DNA of 63,880 bases, filler included, from Octopus bimaculoides (Eukaryota), in the NCBI RefSeq assembly GCF_001194135.2. It is 8 parts of 7 records of this genome, joined end to end, with 100 filler letters (N's around TTAATTAATTAA, not from the genome) between each part and the next. Parts side by side here need not be neighbours in the genome. Positions count along the whole stretch, not along the records: positions 23,614 to 42,400 come from NC_068987.1; 7 more parts are not named here. The stretch is one strand, 5' to 3'. Position 1 is the stretch's first letter. Each line of letters opens with the position of its first letter. Made by a program: the position numbers and the translations under genes. This document shows positions 25,374 through 38,049 of this stretch, one piece after another. The notes below the pieces were generated by a model. It worked only from the letters and a program-made list of their open reading frames with translations, made no database searches and was not told the origin of the DNA.

Positions 25374-25410
25374 TGCCTGATGATCGCAAAAGCGTGAAAC
25401 TTAAGCAGCA
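25374..25410 (+). ncRNA. Degenerate minimal type I hammerhead ribozyme motif
   Basis: TGC-CTGATGA-tCGC aaaa GCGt-GAAA-CTTAAG-C-A-GCA: intact CTGATGA and GAAA cores, 3-bp stem I, palindromic stem III. U16.1 is replaced by C. Confidence 0.55.
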
Positions 25411-25929
25411 AGAGAAAAAGGATTCAGTTTAAATAAACAATATACCGTACATCATTTATTGGGCAATATATGCTTTCTCGTTAACTTACTGCAACATTTG
25501 AGGCTCTGTATGTACGAATCGATATGACTATTTACATTGGGTGCAACTCATTACATTTGGGTATAACTCATCGGGTGCAACTCATTACATTTGGGTGTAC
25601 AAGTGAGAGATGGTTATTAAATACGTGCAGAGGTGTTTAATTACTTGTTTTTTGGTTTTTGTTTTTGTCTTTGTAGAATTGCACGTTAACTCTGACTAGT
25701 GACATCTGTTTACAGATTTTGAAATGCTACGTATAGTAGACAACACTATTATAACCTGAGTGATAATCTACGATAGAGTACGCAAAAGTGCAATAAAATT
25801 ATTCACTTCGGAGTGAGCAAATCAATGAGATCCAGAAGTGTAAAAAATTCCAGACGAGTTTCTTGCACGCACCGGTTAGTATATATATATATAAACGTTA
25901 AATTTCGCAAGTTCCCCCTTAAGACGAAA

Positions 25930-28230
25930 TAACCACCCTCCAGAAACTGCATACACTAACCAAGGAACTAAAGGCGAAAGAAGGGATCCTAATACACGCA
26001 GAGAAGACGGATAACCTGTACCATTTAAAATACTCTTTATACAACTCACTTCCCCAAAACGAAATACTAGAAAGCTATAAAATTACCCATTCCAACAACT
26101 TGACTCAACTTAATTTATAAGCTGAGACAATTGCGGAAAAATATAAGTTAGAGGGAAAAACAGAACCATACGAATCTAGAACCCCTAGAACCCCTAGAAT
26201 TAATCTCAAAGACCACAAACCGAACTTTAGCACTTCTGTAAGACTTATATACCCCTCGAATTCTGACTTAGCTAGGATAGGTAAACACATTATTGATAAA
26301 TATATACCTACACTTACGAACATTATAAAACTATAGCTTTGGTCAAGTTCATATGAAATAATTGACTAGTTTAACAAAATCACAACAAAGAAATAAGCAA
26401 AATTCCTACAAATGCATATATCCTATTACTACGTTTCTATTAAACCAATCCTCCTCAAAAGAGCACCTATATCCGCAATTAAAACATCTGAGCTAACTAG
26501 GGAAGAAGTTGATATAGTATTAGCTGTTAGAAAATCAATTGTTAAATTCGAGGAAAATACTGATTAAGAAAAGATAAGCCGGATATGTCTGACATAACAA
26601 TGGGTTCAACTGACCCCGCCCAGGTAACTCATATAGTAGGAATTTATATCTTATTCCACCTAAACAAAGAATTTCCAAAAATAGGTGGCGGTCTATACAG
26701 GGATAACGCACTATCCACCCTCCTTAACCCTTCCAGCGTAGAGATAGGGAAATAAAGCTTTCTATCTCAATAGAGGAGGAGCACAACACAGTCAACTTGT
26801 TAGGCGTAACACTAAACTTAAGTACCGGAATACATGTCATATCATAAACCCTATGAAAACCTTAAGTACATTCACAAAAATAGTAATCACCCCAGGTACA
26901 TAACCCAATCCATAGTAACAAACATTTCAACCCGCATATCGAATCTATCAGCAAACGAAGAAGTATTTAGGTTAAACGAGGATTAGTACTAGAGAAGGCA
27001 AGATATAAAGAAAAGGTAGTATTCAACAAGGGAAACGAAAATAAGGTAGATACACATAGTAAGGTAAATTGTCCAGACCCTAATTATAACACACAAAATA
27101 ACCGGATTGGAGGAACAAAGGATAGGAGAAACTTCTAGTGAAGCCAAATGGATGATAAATAATAGAAATAGACAAACAGATTTATACAAGTATGCTCGTT
27201 AAGCTCAAAATGTAAAACTAAGAACTTGATCTATAGATGTAAAGTTACCTCAGAGGAAAGGAAATACAATTATTTAGATGTCAGCTCTGTGTTTTTTTTG
27301 TTTTTTGTTTTTTTGTTTTTTTTCCTAAAAACAAACGACTGGCCAATCATTTAAATTCCTTTAGAGATAGAAAAAATAAATAATACAAGCCTAAGTAAAC
27401 TAATTTGGTCAATTAAAGATAAAAACAATAGCTGTTCTATCGACTGAGAACAAATTATTACTGTTAAGCCTTATCGAGCAGGGGGGATAGATGCGACTTT
27501 TGAGTAGAGGAACTTTACTAAGTATTTACACCAAAGCACACATTGATTAGTAAAAGACATGAACAAGTCCTTAGATGTTTACACAAGCACGGTCGGACCT
27601 TTAAGGAATATAAAAATAATTTTAGATAGCCAACGCCCCAGCAACAAGTGCGCTTGATAAAACAACTAGAACTGCATAACCTAAACATAAAAATATTTAA
27701 TAACCATCATAAATAATTAAAAAAAAGCAAATATCCTACACAATGTACAACACAAATAATGCGCAGCCCAACCAAAAGATGTATATAAACAAACAAGAAC
27801 CCTTAAATACAAGCACGACACTCGAAATCAAAAATAACACACACAACCATTAAAAAAAAAAAAAGCCTCACTAAAGCAACAATCTCGACCTTAACCTATG
27901 TTAAGACAAAGCCCTAACTTCGGACAGCGACTGGATTGAAGTTGAGGTCAACAGTATATAAGTATAAATAATAACATACCCACCTCCCACAGAACACTAA
28001 TTAGCAAAAATTTACGTTCATCATTTCACTTTGAGGATGACTAAATGGACGGATCCTCATCAAGCTGCACCGATAATACTACAAGGTTGAATTTGTAACA
28101 GTGAATAGTCGCTGCTGCAGAAACACGTGTAGCTCATTATGATAGGTTGTATATATTTATAAAATATTTTTTGTGGCTGTAAAAGTCTTCATACTTTTTA
28201 TTACTAATATTAATGATGATTAATATTAAT
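25930..28230 (+). mobile_element. Penelope-like (Poseidon-type) retroelement, 5'-truncated pseudo-copy with RT, nuclease remnant and 3' pLTR-like region
   Basis: LKDHKPNF...RLIYPSNSDLARIGKHIIDKYIP; ITMGSTDPAQVTHIVGIYIL...GGGLYRDN (YRDD motif, 26696-26707); NLLGVTLNLSTG; KYIHKNSNHP..ITQSIVTNISTRISNLSANEEVF; IWSIKDK...KPYRAGG. Half hammerhead core GAAACACGTGTA at 28120-28131. Many stops and frameshifts. Confidence 0.9.
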
Positions 28231-28422
28231 AAACACTCGAAACAATTTTTACTGTCCAGCGAAGAGAACATGGAATTACCCATCGGAAGAATTCACGGAG
28301 TGGCAAATAACTAAAGGTAGTCGAGAATATTAGATACTGATCGTTGTGGTTAGCCATTAACTGGAACTTAGCTCAGAGCTAATACGATATCCGCCCGGAT
28401 AATGCATCCTTCCAAACTCTTC

Positions 28423-28471
<49 letters not shown>

Positions 28472-29412
28472 GCGCTACAAACAGCATTAGATAAAAAAAA
28501 ATAATAGCTATGTATATATATTGCAAACATTTTTGCAGAACAGCACTAGCTGTAATATTTTATCTCGGATAAACTACTGAAGATGACTTGAGTGCTACAA
28601 AATACACTACTCACTATGATTATAATTGTCGGATCGTCAGAAACGCTGTTTCGACCTCATTTGGCTTCTTGAATAGCAAACACCACTAGACTGAATTAAA
28701 CCGAAAAATGCTTGTTACTATATAGAAATCAGTAACCATACATTCACTCAGAATGTCAATGTTCGTCACGAGAGAACCTAAACCGTGTTTGAGAATTCAC
28801 CGACGATATTCTGAGCGAGCGCTGTGCTTCAATTTCCTTTTATTAGATTAGTCAGAGATAGAGGATGAAATATCCATGATGTTTTCAGAACTTCACAAGC
28901 TGTTGGTATTGGCATGGTTAGGTTAACGGTCAGCTGCAACGTTTGTTGGTCAATGCTTGCAAAGAAAAGCATGGGTGATGAATGTACTGCAGATGTGAAG
29001 ACTTCAGAAAGTTACAACCTTATCGAGCAGAAAATAACTGGGCTGAGTGTTCAGTAATTATTATTGAAAAATGAGGCAGGCCGTATCCTCAATAAAGGAT
29101 ATATGCAGCTGGTTAGTTTTAATATTACCTACAGTATCATACACACATACTCGCTTGCAAATAAACACACTAACTTGAGGCAATATAAAATATAGTGACC
29201 AGCCCAGGAAGACTGCATTGTCCAGAAATGCCCGCAAAGGATTTAAACATAAACCATCGGTATGTTGATAGTTTCATACAGCCTTTTCTACACTCGATAT
29301 TTCAACAGTCCTTCAAATGAAAGCTTTAGCTGCTTACGTCCCAACTGCGTGCTGTAATTATCTCGCTTTGCTATTGGCTAATACACACACACACACACAC
29401 ATAAATATATAC

Positions 29413-29448
<36 letters not shown>

Positions 29449-29806
29449 TCTGCTGAATGAAAAGAAACGAGAAAGGCAAAACAAAACATCAAGTCAAGTG
29501 AACAACAACGAATAGAAAATCTCTGCTGAATTCAGACGTAAAAGCAATGTAAGTTTGTTTATCGACTTTCAACATTCCATTTAGTATCTATTTTTAATTT
29601 ACATTACCTGGATTACTATTATCTGTATGTATATTTTGGTTTTGTAATCTTGTATTACCATTTCCGATTGCTGTGGGAGATTTGATAGCAGGGAATTAGT
29701 GTTTCCAACTAAAATTTAGTTTAGAAGAGAAGGTATAACACGGAATTTCATTTTTGTATTATTGCGTTGTTTTAGAATATTTTTTCTAGTGTTTTGTTCA
29801 TGTATA

Positions 29807-29846
<40 letters not shown>

Positions 29847-30978
29847 NNNNNNNNNNNNNNNNNNNNNNNNNNNNNNNNNNNNNNNNNNNNNNNNNNNNNN
29901 NNNNNNNNNNNNNNNNNNNNNNNNNNNNNNNNNNNNNNNNNNNNNNNNNNNNNNNNNNNNNNNNNNNNNNNNNNNNNNNNNNNNNNNNNNNNNNNNNNNN
30001 NNNNNNNNNNNNNNNNNNNNNNNNNNNNNNNNNNNNNNNNNNNNNNNNNNNNNNNNNNNNNNNNNNNNNNNNNNNNNNNNNNNNNNNNNNNNNNNNNNNN
30101 NNNNNNNNNNNNNNNNNNNNNNNNNNNNNNNNNNNNNNNNNNNNNNNNNNNNNNNNNNNNNNNNNNNNNNNNNNNNNNNNNNNNNNNNNNNNNNNNNNNN
30201 NNNNNNNNNNNNNNNNNNNNNNNNNNNNNNNNNNNNNNNNNNNNNNNNNNNNNNNNNNNNNNNNNNNNNNNNNNNNNNNNNNNNNNNNNNNNNNNNNNNN
30301 NNNNNNNNNNNNNNNNNNNNNNNNNNNNNNNNNNNNNNNNNNNNNNNNNNNNNNNNNNNNNNNNNNNNNNNNNNNNNNNNNNNNNNNNNNNNNNNNNNNN
30401 NNNNNNNNNNNNNNNNNNNNNNNNNNNNNNNNNNNNNNNNNNNNNNNNNNNNNNNNNNNNNNNNNNNNNNNNNNNNNNNNNNNNNNNNNNNNNNNNNNNN
30501 NNNNNNNNNNNNNNNNNNNNNNNNNNNNNNNNNNNNNNNNNNNNNNNNNNNNNNNNNNNNNNNNNNNNNNNNNNNNNNNNNNNNNNNNNNNNNNNNNNNN
30601 NNNNNNNNNNNNNNNNNNNNNNNNNNNNNNNNNNNNNNNNNNNNATATATATGTATAAATATATGTATAAATATATGTATAAATATATAAATATGTATAA
30701 GCATATATATATGTTTGGATGTGTATGTATACATATGTACCTATCCATATATTTATTTATACATCTACGTACCTACATGTGTCTGTGTGTTTGTTTGTTT
30801 GTTTGTGTACGTGTATGTATGCGTATGTATGTAAATTCTGTATATAATACATTTTTGGCCTTCTCAAAACCTCTACACTCTGCAGGCTATAATTCGAATT
30901 TCTTTTGGAATACAGTTGGAAAATATAACTATACACAGAATCAATTAGTTCACGCATTCCACGAAAATGGTGTTTCAT

Positions 30979-31049
<71 letters not shown>

Positions 31050-31165
31050 CGTGGGTGCAGACATAAATATATGGATAGTTATATATGTATATATACTGCC
31101 GGTGCCCCAGCATGGCCGCAACCTCAAGGCTAAATCATATAATAGAATAAAAGAATGCACATACA

Positions 31166-31226
<61 letters not shown>

Positions 31227-31773
31227 TTATTAATATTTCTAAGTCTCTCTAAAGGAGACTACGGCAGCGGTACTGGAAATTAATAGTTATCGCCAAGCCA
31301 ACATGGCAGTCCCAAAATTAGGACGAAAGCTGCCGTGAATTAGCTCCAAGAAGCCATCGCCTCTAGCTAGCTATGTNNNNNNNNNNNNNNNNNNNNNNNN
31401 NNNNNNNNNNNNNNNNNNNNNNNNNNNNNNNNNNNNNNNNNNNNNNNNNNNNNNNNNNNNNNNNNNNNNNNNNNNNNNNNNNNNNNNNNNNNNNNNNNNN
31501 NNNNNNNNNNNNNNNNNNNNNNNNNNNNNNNNNNNNNNNNNNNNNNNNNNNNNNNNNNNNNNNNNNNNNNNNNNNNNNNNNNNNNNNNNNNNNNNNNNNN
31601 NNNNNNNNNNNNNNNNNNNNNNNNNNNNNNNNNNNNNNNNNNNNNNNNNNNNNNNNNNNNNNNNNNNNNNNNNNNNNNNNNNNNNNNNNNNNNNNNNNNN
31701 NNNNNNNNNNNNNNNNNNNNNNNNNNNNNNNNNNNNNNNNNNNNNNNNNNNNNNNNNNNNNNNNNNNNNNNNN

Positions 31774-31820
<47 letters not shown>

Positions 31821-32269
31821 ATGTGTATGTGTGCGTGCATATATGTAAGTATATGTATATATAAGTGTGCAAAAATAAGTTATTGTATAAAACGTTTCGG
31901 TAATCTACAGGAAGTATAACGTTCTTTTTACCCCTTGTTTTTTTCTATCTTTTTCTTTTCTTTTTGTTGTTGCCAAAGTATGAATTCTGACCTTATATTC
32001 TTTTACCTAGATATTTTAATAGAATGCCAAGATATTGTAACACATTTTGTCAAAGTATAACAGAACAGACAACAGTTCTGGAACATTTTATTACCGTAAT
32101 GAAATGTATCTAATCTAAACATATATATATGATATACATTGTAACAGACAACAGAGATGAAATTTTATTGGCAAAATGGTACTGAAGCCTAAATTCTTTT
32201 AGAATAGTTCGATGCAAATAGCGCTTTTTAGTCTCCATCCTTTGGCGTGGCTGTCTGGAGAAAAGTTCG

Positions 32270-32610
32270 CTTTGCAACAACGTGGTTAACGTTCTAGTTC
32301 CACTGCGTATCACTTTGGGCAAGTGTCTTCTACTCCTGACCCGGGCCAATCAATGCCGTGTCAGTAAATTTGGTAGACGGAAGCTGTGGAAAGCTTGTCG
32401 CATAAGTGGGGTGGGGCCTGTGACTTTATTTTTGTTTCCCTCTACAACTGGTGCTGGTTTATGTCTTCAAAGCAGGTTGGCAAAGGACACCGACAAAATA
32501 ACAACCATGCATAACAAAAAGAAATAAAAGAAATACTGGTGTCAATTTGTTCGACTAACCCTGTGAAGTAGTGCTCCAGCATAGGCGCAATACAATCAGT
32601 GAAACAAGTA
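32270..32610 (+). mobile_element. SINE family A copy
   Basis: gttctagttccactgcgtatcactttgggcaagtgtcttctactcc...tttggtagacggaagctg...gtgctccagcataggcgca. Confidence 0.8.
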
Positions 32611-32874
32611 AAAAGAAATGTATTTCGCCAATCTGAGCTTGAATGGTATCTTGAATTACATAGTACCTTATGCTTAACACATTTCTTAATTAATCACCTT
32701 GTCATATATGTGCTCAACAAATCCCCCATTTCCGCAGCTGTTGTGGCTCAGAGGTCTCCAACCTCGGTTCGTGGATTATTTGGTACCGAGGAATAATTTT
32801 TTAATTTTATTTCTATTTTATTGACTATCGTGATCGGCAGGCTGTTTTTGTAGCATATATGTAATAAGGGTCAG

Positions 32875-33057
32875 CAGGTAAGATGAGTAAGACGATTACA
32901 TGGACCTCAGTGCTCAACTAGTACTTATTTTATCGACCCTGAAAGGATGAAAAGTAAAGTCGTCCTCGACGGAATTTGAACTCTGAACGTAAAGACGGAT
33001 GAAATACCGCTAAGCATTTTGCTCAGCGTACTAACGATTCTGCCTGCGCGCCACCTG
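32875..33057 (-). mobile_element. SINE family B copy
   Basis: Reverse complement of the 58565 copy (gtacttattttatcgaccc.gaaaggatgaaa.g.aaagtcg.cctcg.cggaatttgaactc.gaacgtaaagacgga.gaaataccgctaagcattt). Other copies at ~37090-37240, 41880-42030, 44680-44900, 44930-45130 and 54520-54690. Confidence 0.85.
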
Positions 33058-33226
33058 AACCAAAATATATATATATTAAGCACTATGTTGTGTTTTGTTA
33101 AGCGCGGGACCCTCCGGTCAGTGGAAAAAATTGTCTTGCATGAAACTAGTGGTGCTAAAAAGGTCAGAGCTGCTGCTGTAGATGATCAGAATGTCACGTC
33201 ATTATCCTAGGGAATGTCTTCCAGTA

Positions 33227-34110
33227 CAGAGTGTAGCAGAGAAGACGGACATTCTGAAAAACTCACAAAATCATTAATTTTAGCTGCAAACAAATTGTAT
33301 TGATATCACTGTGTTTCGTATTAAAATAGCATTTGTCAAAATCAAATGTGGTGACCATTTTCATTGATGCATTTCTGAAGGCGTTCTTGGAAGTTGGCTC
33401 CTACTCACTCCAGTATTGCTCTGTCGATTTGGGCGACATTACTCTCGGATTATCAAAAGCCCAATAACGATAGTTCTGTTGATTCACCATGCCATAGAGA
33501 TGAAAATGATCTTCATCACTAATTAACAAAATGAGGTTGTTATTTGCCTCAAAAATTGTTTCCATCTGATGTGCGAATTTAAGCCGCTTTGCATAGTCCC
33601 ATGGTTTCAACTGTTGCCCAATGACCAATTTGCACGGGTGGAAACGCAGGTCTTCATGCAAAATACACCTTACTGATCGATTACCGATACCAAGTTCAGT
33701 GGAATGCCTCTGAGCAGAGCGATTCGGACTCCGTATCAAAGCTTGTCTGACGCGTTCCACATTTTCCGGGGTCTGTACCGTTCGTGGCGCCCCCACCGGT
33801 CTCCTATTCATTAGTGTACCTCGTATATAAAGTGTAAGGGTGTGTTACGAGTGAAAACAGCTTAATTTCGGTGAGTGTTGAAGTGACGCCGAAATTCACG
33901 GTGGACTGTTGTGACAGACTCGTTATTCTTCATTTAACTGTCGTAGGAAAACACGTGATGCTCTATCGTCCACAGTGCCATCACATCACCTGAAGAGAAA
34001 AAAATACTAAGACACCACGGACCGAATGATACCTGTCGGACATATGTCCCTCTCACTGGGGCTGAGTAACAGCCATTTCAAAAACATCCGTCCTCTCTGC
34101 CCCCACCCAG
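33227..34110 (-). mobile_element. Tc1/mariner (maT/DD37D-like) transposon with internally deleted transposase pseudogene
   Basis: Imperfect ~30-bp TIRs (CAGAGTGTAGCAGAGAAGACGGA at 33227; TCCGTCCTCTCTGCCCCCACCCAG ending at 34110). N-terminus WTIEH.VF....KNNESVTTVHREFRRHFN, ORF 33401-33811 with GAPRTVQTPENVERVRQ..RSP.RS and LISDEDHFHLYGMVNQQNYRYW, then a jump to the C-terminal NFQERLQKCINENGHH. Confidence 0.9.
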
Positions 34111-34857
34111 TGCCACTAAAACCTTCTGGTACACATAAACATTCAAATTAGACAGGAAGCTGTTTTAACAAATATTTTGTCATCACCAGCCTATAAAAAT
34201 CGTCCTGAGTAGTCTTCATGACAGCCAAAATATTACGAGTATTTCTATATTTTTATTCACACTCAGTAAAGGAAATCCAAAATGTAGTAACACTTTGATA
34301 TTTGTTGCCAAATATTTTTTGCATTTTGATTCTTAGTGTTTGAACATTAAGTTTAACATCTTACTGATCATTCAAAAATATTCACGGTCGTTTCACACGT
34401 CTCCTTAAACATACTCGGTAATCTTTGGGTATCGGGGTAAGTTTGGTACACTTGATTTTTATTTTATGTTTTATCTTGAAATTTGGGATATTTTAGTATA
34501 CCTAAATGTTCTGTAAATTACTGTAGCTCCATACAGGTGTCTGCATCACATATTTACATACCTACATATCTAAAATACATGTATTATTCATGCAGATATA
34601 CACACATATACGCACGTATTTTCACACACAAACACACACGCTTTTGTATATAATGTTATACATATGTGTGTGTGTGTACGTGTGTGTGTCTATATATCTG
34701 TCTGTCTATCTGTCTGTCTGTATGTATATTAAAGGATGCAGGTAAGAGAAAGTGCATTCATATCTTTAAGTTTCACTGAATCTAAGTTTTCATGCATGTA
34801 TTACTTAATTAATATAGTCCACTATTCCGACGGCCTACCTCATTTGTCATCACACAA

Positions 34858-34917
<60 letters not shown>

Positions 34918-34920
34918 AAT

Positions 34921-34967
<47 letters not shown>

Positions 34968-35281
34968 TTGCTAAATAGATAGATAGATAGATAGATTTAG
35001 CTATAATAATAACAGCACCGTAGTGTCTGTGGTCACGTCACCATACCAAGTTAATGTATCTAGCTGTAAATGTGTATCGTGTGAAAATGCTGTTTTCGTA
35101 ATCAAATGAGCGTCAATGCTTCTGTACCGATATCCTTTAATCAATAATATTAAAACAATAATAGGAAATGTCTGTTGGCTTTCATCATACTTAAGGCTGC
35201 ATATATATATGTGTATGCATATAAATATAAATATATATGTGTGTGTGAGTGTGTGTACGTGTGTGTTGCTAATATAATTAT

Positions 35282-35339
<58 letters not shown>

Positions 35340-35589
35340 GCACACACACATATATGCATATACATTTACATTGTTCGTGTGTGTTTGCGTGTGTGTACGT
35401 ATGATGGCTAATTTAAGGATATTATTTTAAATTAAGTCTAATACATACAAAACATTTACGAATGCAAAGACTCCACACTAAAAATAGAATCAAATTTATT
35501 AGAAAATGCATCAGGATGAAACTTGAACTGCAAGTCAAAACGAATTTAATATACACACACGCATATACATCCACAGATACATACATACA

Positions 35590-35625
<36 letters not shown>

Positions 35626-35649
35626 TATAGTAACAAAAGGGAGGAATTT

Positions 35650-36985
35650 CGATTAACTCCGCGTGATGAGTTGTAATGGAAAAAATGTATATAAAATAAA
35701 AGAAAAATGCACACACTTTACATAGTTTTAATATATTTTTTTAATATATTTTATACTGTATTTGTCGACCGGTTTCGCTTTCACTAATAATGACTTTAGT
35801 CCATGTTGTGTGTGGAGAAGTTTGTGAATGAATGATTCAACAAGTAGAAAAATCTAAGGGGAGATAATTGGTGATCGTTATTATTGGGGACAATCTATCG
35901 AGGAGAGGATAAATAAATATATGTACAAAAAACTTAAAAGCTAGAGTAGTGAGATTAAATATGTACATTGATGGGTATGTGATCATGAATTAAAATATAT
36001 ACTGAAACCGAAGTTGGTTATGCGTTCATATTTAGACGTGTTCTGTATTTTTCGATGAAAAAAATTTTCTTTATTTAAACGTTCCTGTATAGAAATTGCT
36101 TAGATGGGGAAAACTGTGAAGTTTGGCTGGATATTACCTGTACATCTCTCTCTGTGTTTACTCAAAGGAATCAGTCTATATTGCGGGAACCGGATCTGTT
36201 CCTTATGTAGTGTGGTTCTCCGTCTCAGTGTAAACTTGTCTGTCCTATATAGTTATTTCCACAACCTGAGCAAGTTATAACATAAATTAGATTCTCAGAA
36301 GCACAAATAAAGCTAGTTTTAACTGTGAACCTCTCTTCTTGTTTGAGTAGGAATTCTGAACCTTCCAGTAGGTTGGGGCATGTTCCACAGTTTGGGCGTC
36401 CACATTTTTTAACCGTTGGTTTCGTGGTTGTGTATAAAGCTTCGCACTTGTTAGGAGTCTTTTCAGCGACTTATGTTGCTTTTTGCATTTGATGAATTTA
36501 TGTGTTTTCAGAATGCTTTTCATTTTGGGGTCTCTAGTGAGGATAGGTAGATTTTGTACCATAGTGTTGTATGCCTCATTGTTTCTAGGCTTGTGAGTTG
36601 ATATATACAGTAGTGTTTTGAGATGAGGTGTAGTGTTACGTTTTATTACCCCTTGTGTTTTAATGTCTAATTTCTTAGCACGCTTAATTCCATCGTCTAT
36701 AAGTGAAGTTAGATATTGTCTTTCAGTTAGCGTTGTTCTGAAGTCTTGAAGACGAAGGTCCTAAGGATTTCTATCAGACAATGTGAAAATCTTTTTTGCT
36801 AATTTAAAGGAGATATTTCTTTTTATGCGTTTCGGGTGGTATGAGCTAAACAGGAGATGTTGCTTTGAGTCCAATGGTTTATGATAAATGTCAGTTATAA
36901 TTTGGTTGTTGACTTCTTTTATCACAATATCCAAGAAAGCGAGCTATTCTTTGCTATATTCCATTATAAATTGAATAGTGAACTA
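35650..36985 (-). mobile_element. Penelope-like element 3' portion (thumb, GIY-YIG, 3' tail)
   Basis: FLDIVIK...IITDIYHKPLDSKQHLLFSSYHPK; KKCGRPNCGTCP; ENLIYVITCSGCGNNYIGQT..LRRRTTLHKEQIR; ERLNKENFFIEKY...LN. Degenerate hammerhead at 35764-35794. Confidence 0.9.
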
Positions 36986-37040
36986 ACCTACGATCGTTGA
37001 AACTATACAAGCACGTCTGATTACTGTACTATCCGAGCCT

Positions 37041-37088
37041 GAGTAGCTCACATTTAGAGTAGCTCACATTTAGAGTAGCTCACATTTA
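37041..37088. repeat. 16-bp tandem repeat GAGTAGCTCACATTTA x3
   Basis: Three exact units. Confidence 0.95.
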
Positions 37089-38017
37089 AATCATGTTGAC
37101 TAAATCAACGCCAGTATATGCCTGGTATTGTAAAGATGAGCAGCAATATCTCGATTTCAAGTCAGAATGTAAAATGAAGTAACTAAACACGCCAAGGCAT
37201 TTCGTCCAGCGTTCTGTCGTTTCTGTCAATGTACCACCTGTTTTTTTCTTTTATGACTGATTGGATAATGTACTGAGAAGTATTCAGCCTATCTTTCTCA
37301 CCGTTCACCGTCTCTGTAATTAGTCTATATGATATCATAAGAGAAGAAAAAGAGTATGAGTGAAGGTATTTACATGTGTTTTATATATGCATATACATGT
37401 ATATCTGATGACTATAAATTGACGACGGGTGCATATAGATCACCATAAATATCCTATTACATCTTCTCGCAAATTCTTAACCTAAGCCCACCTCTCTAAG
37501 CCCAAAACAGCCACCATTTGTTGGTTTTTCTCTCATTTGATATTCACCTTCGGCTGATTTCAGGCACGTCCCCATTGTGTTTTTGTAATATTCTATTGTT
37601 TTGAAATAATGTTTCATCTGATGATTATAGTTTTTTGAAGTGATATAATGTACTCATTCTTCTATTAAAATTGCGTAAGAAACAGCTGTAATGAGTTGGC
37701 ATTTATCCATCGTCTGTTATTATTTGTTTGCTTGTTATTAGGATTCATGACACATCGGATTCATAAGGAATTCATGACACGTCGAACATCCTGGAGTATG
37801 CCAAATAACGTATGATCAACACAACGTGTACTCTGGAGCAGCTCCTACGCTCTTAATACTCGTCGGGATGGTTTTCTCTGTGTGCACAACCTGAATATCC
37901 TACTGGATATTTAATCGACCAAAGGTGGTGACCACAGGTCTATCCAACCCTACCTGATGCATATTCTTTTAAGTACCTCATTCTATCACGAATCCTTATC
38001 ATTATTATTATATTTAT

Positions 38018-38049
<32 letters not shown>

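Noticed and set aside
28634-28676. Minus-strand ...CAAGAAGCCAAATGAGGTCGAAACAGCG hammerhead-like string
   Set aside because: No CUGANGA and no valid cleavage triplet or stem I; too degenerate to support.
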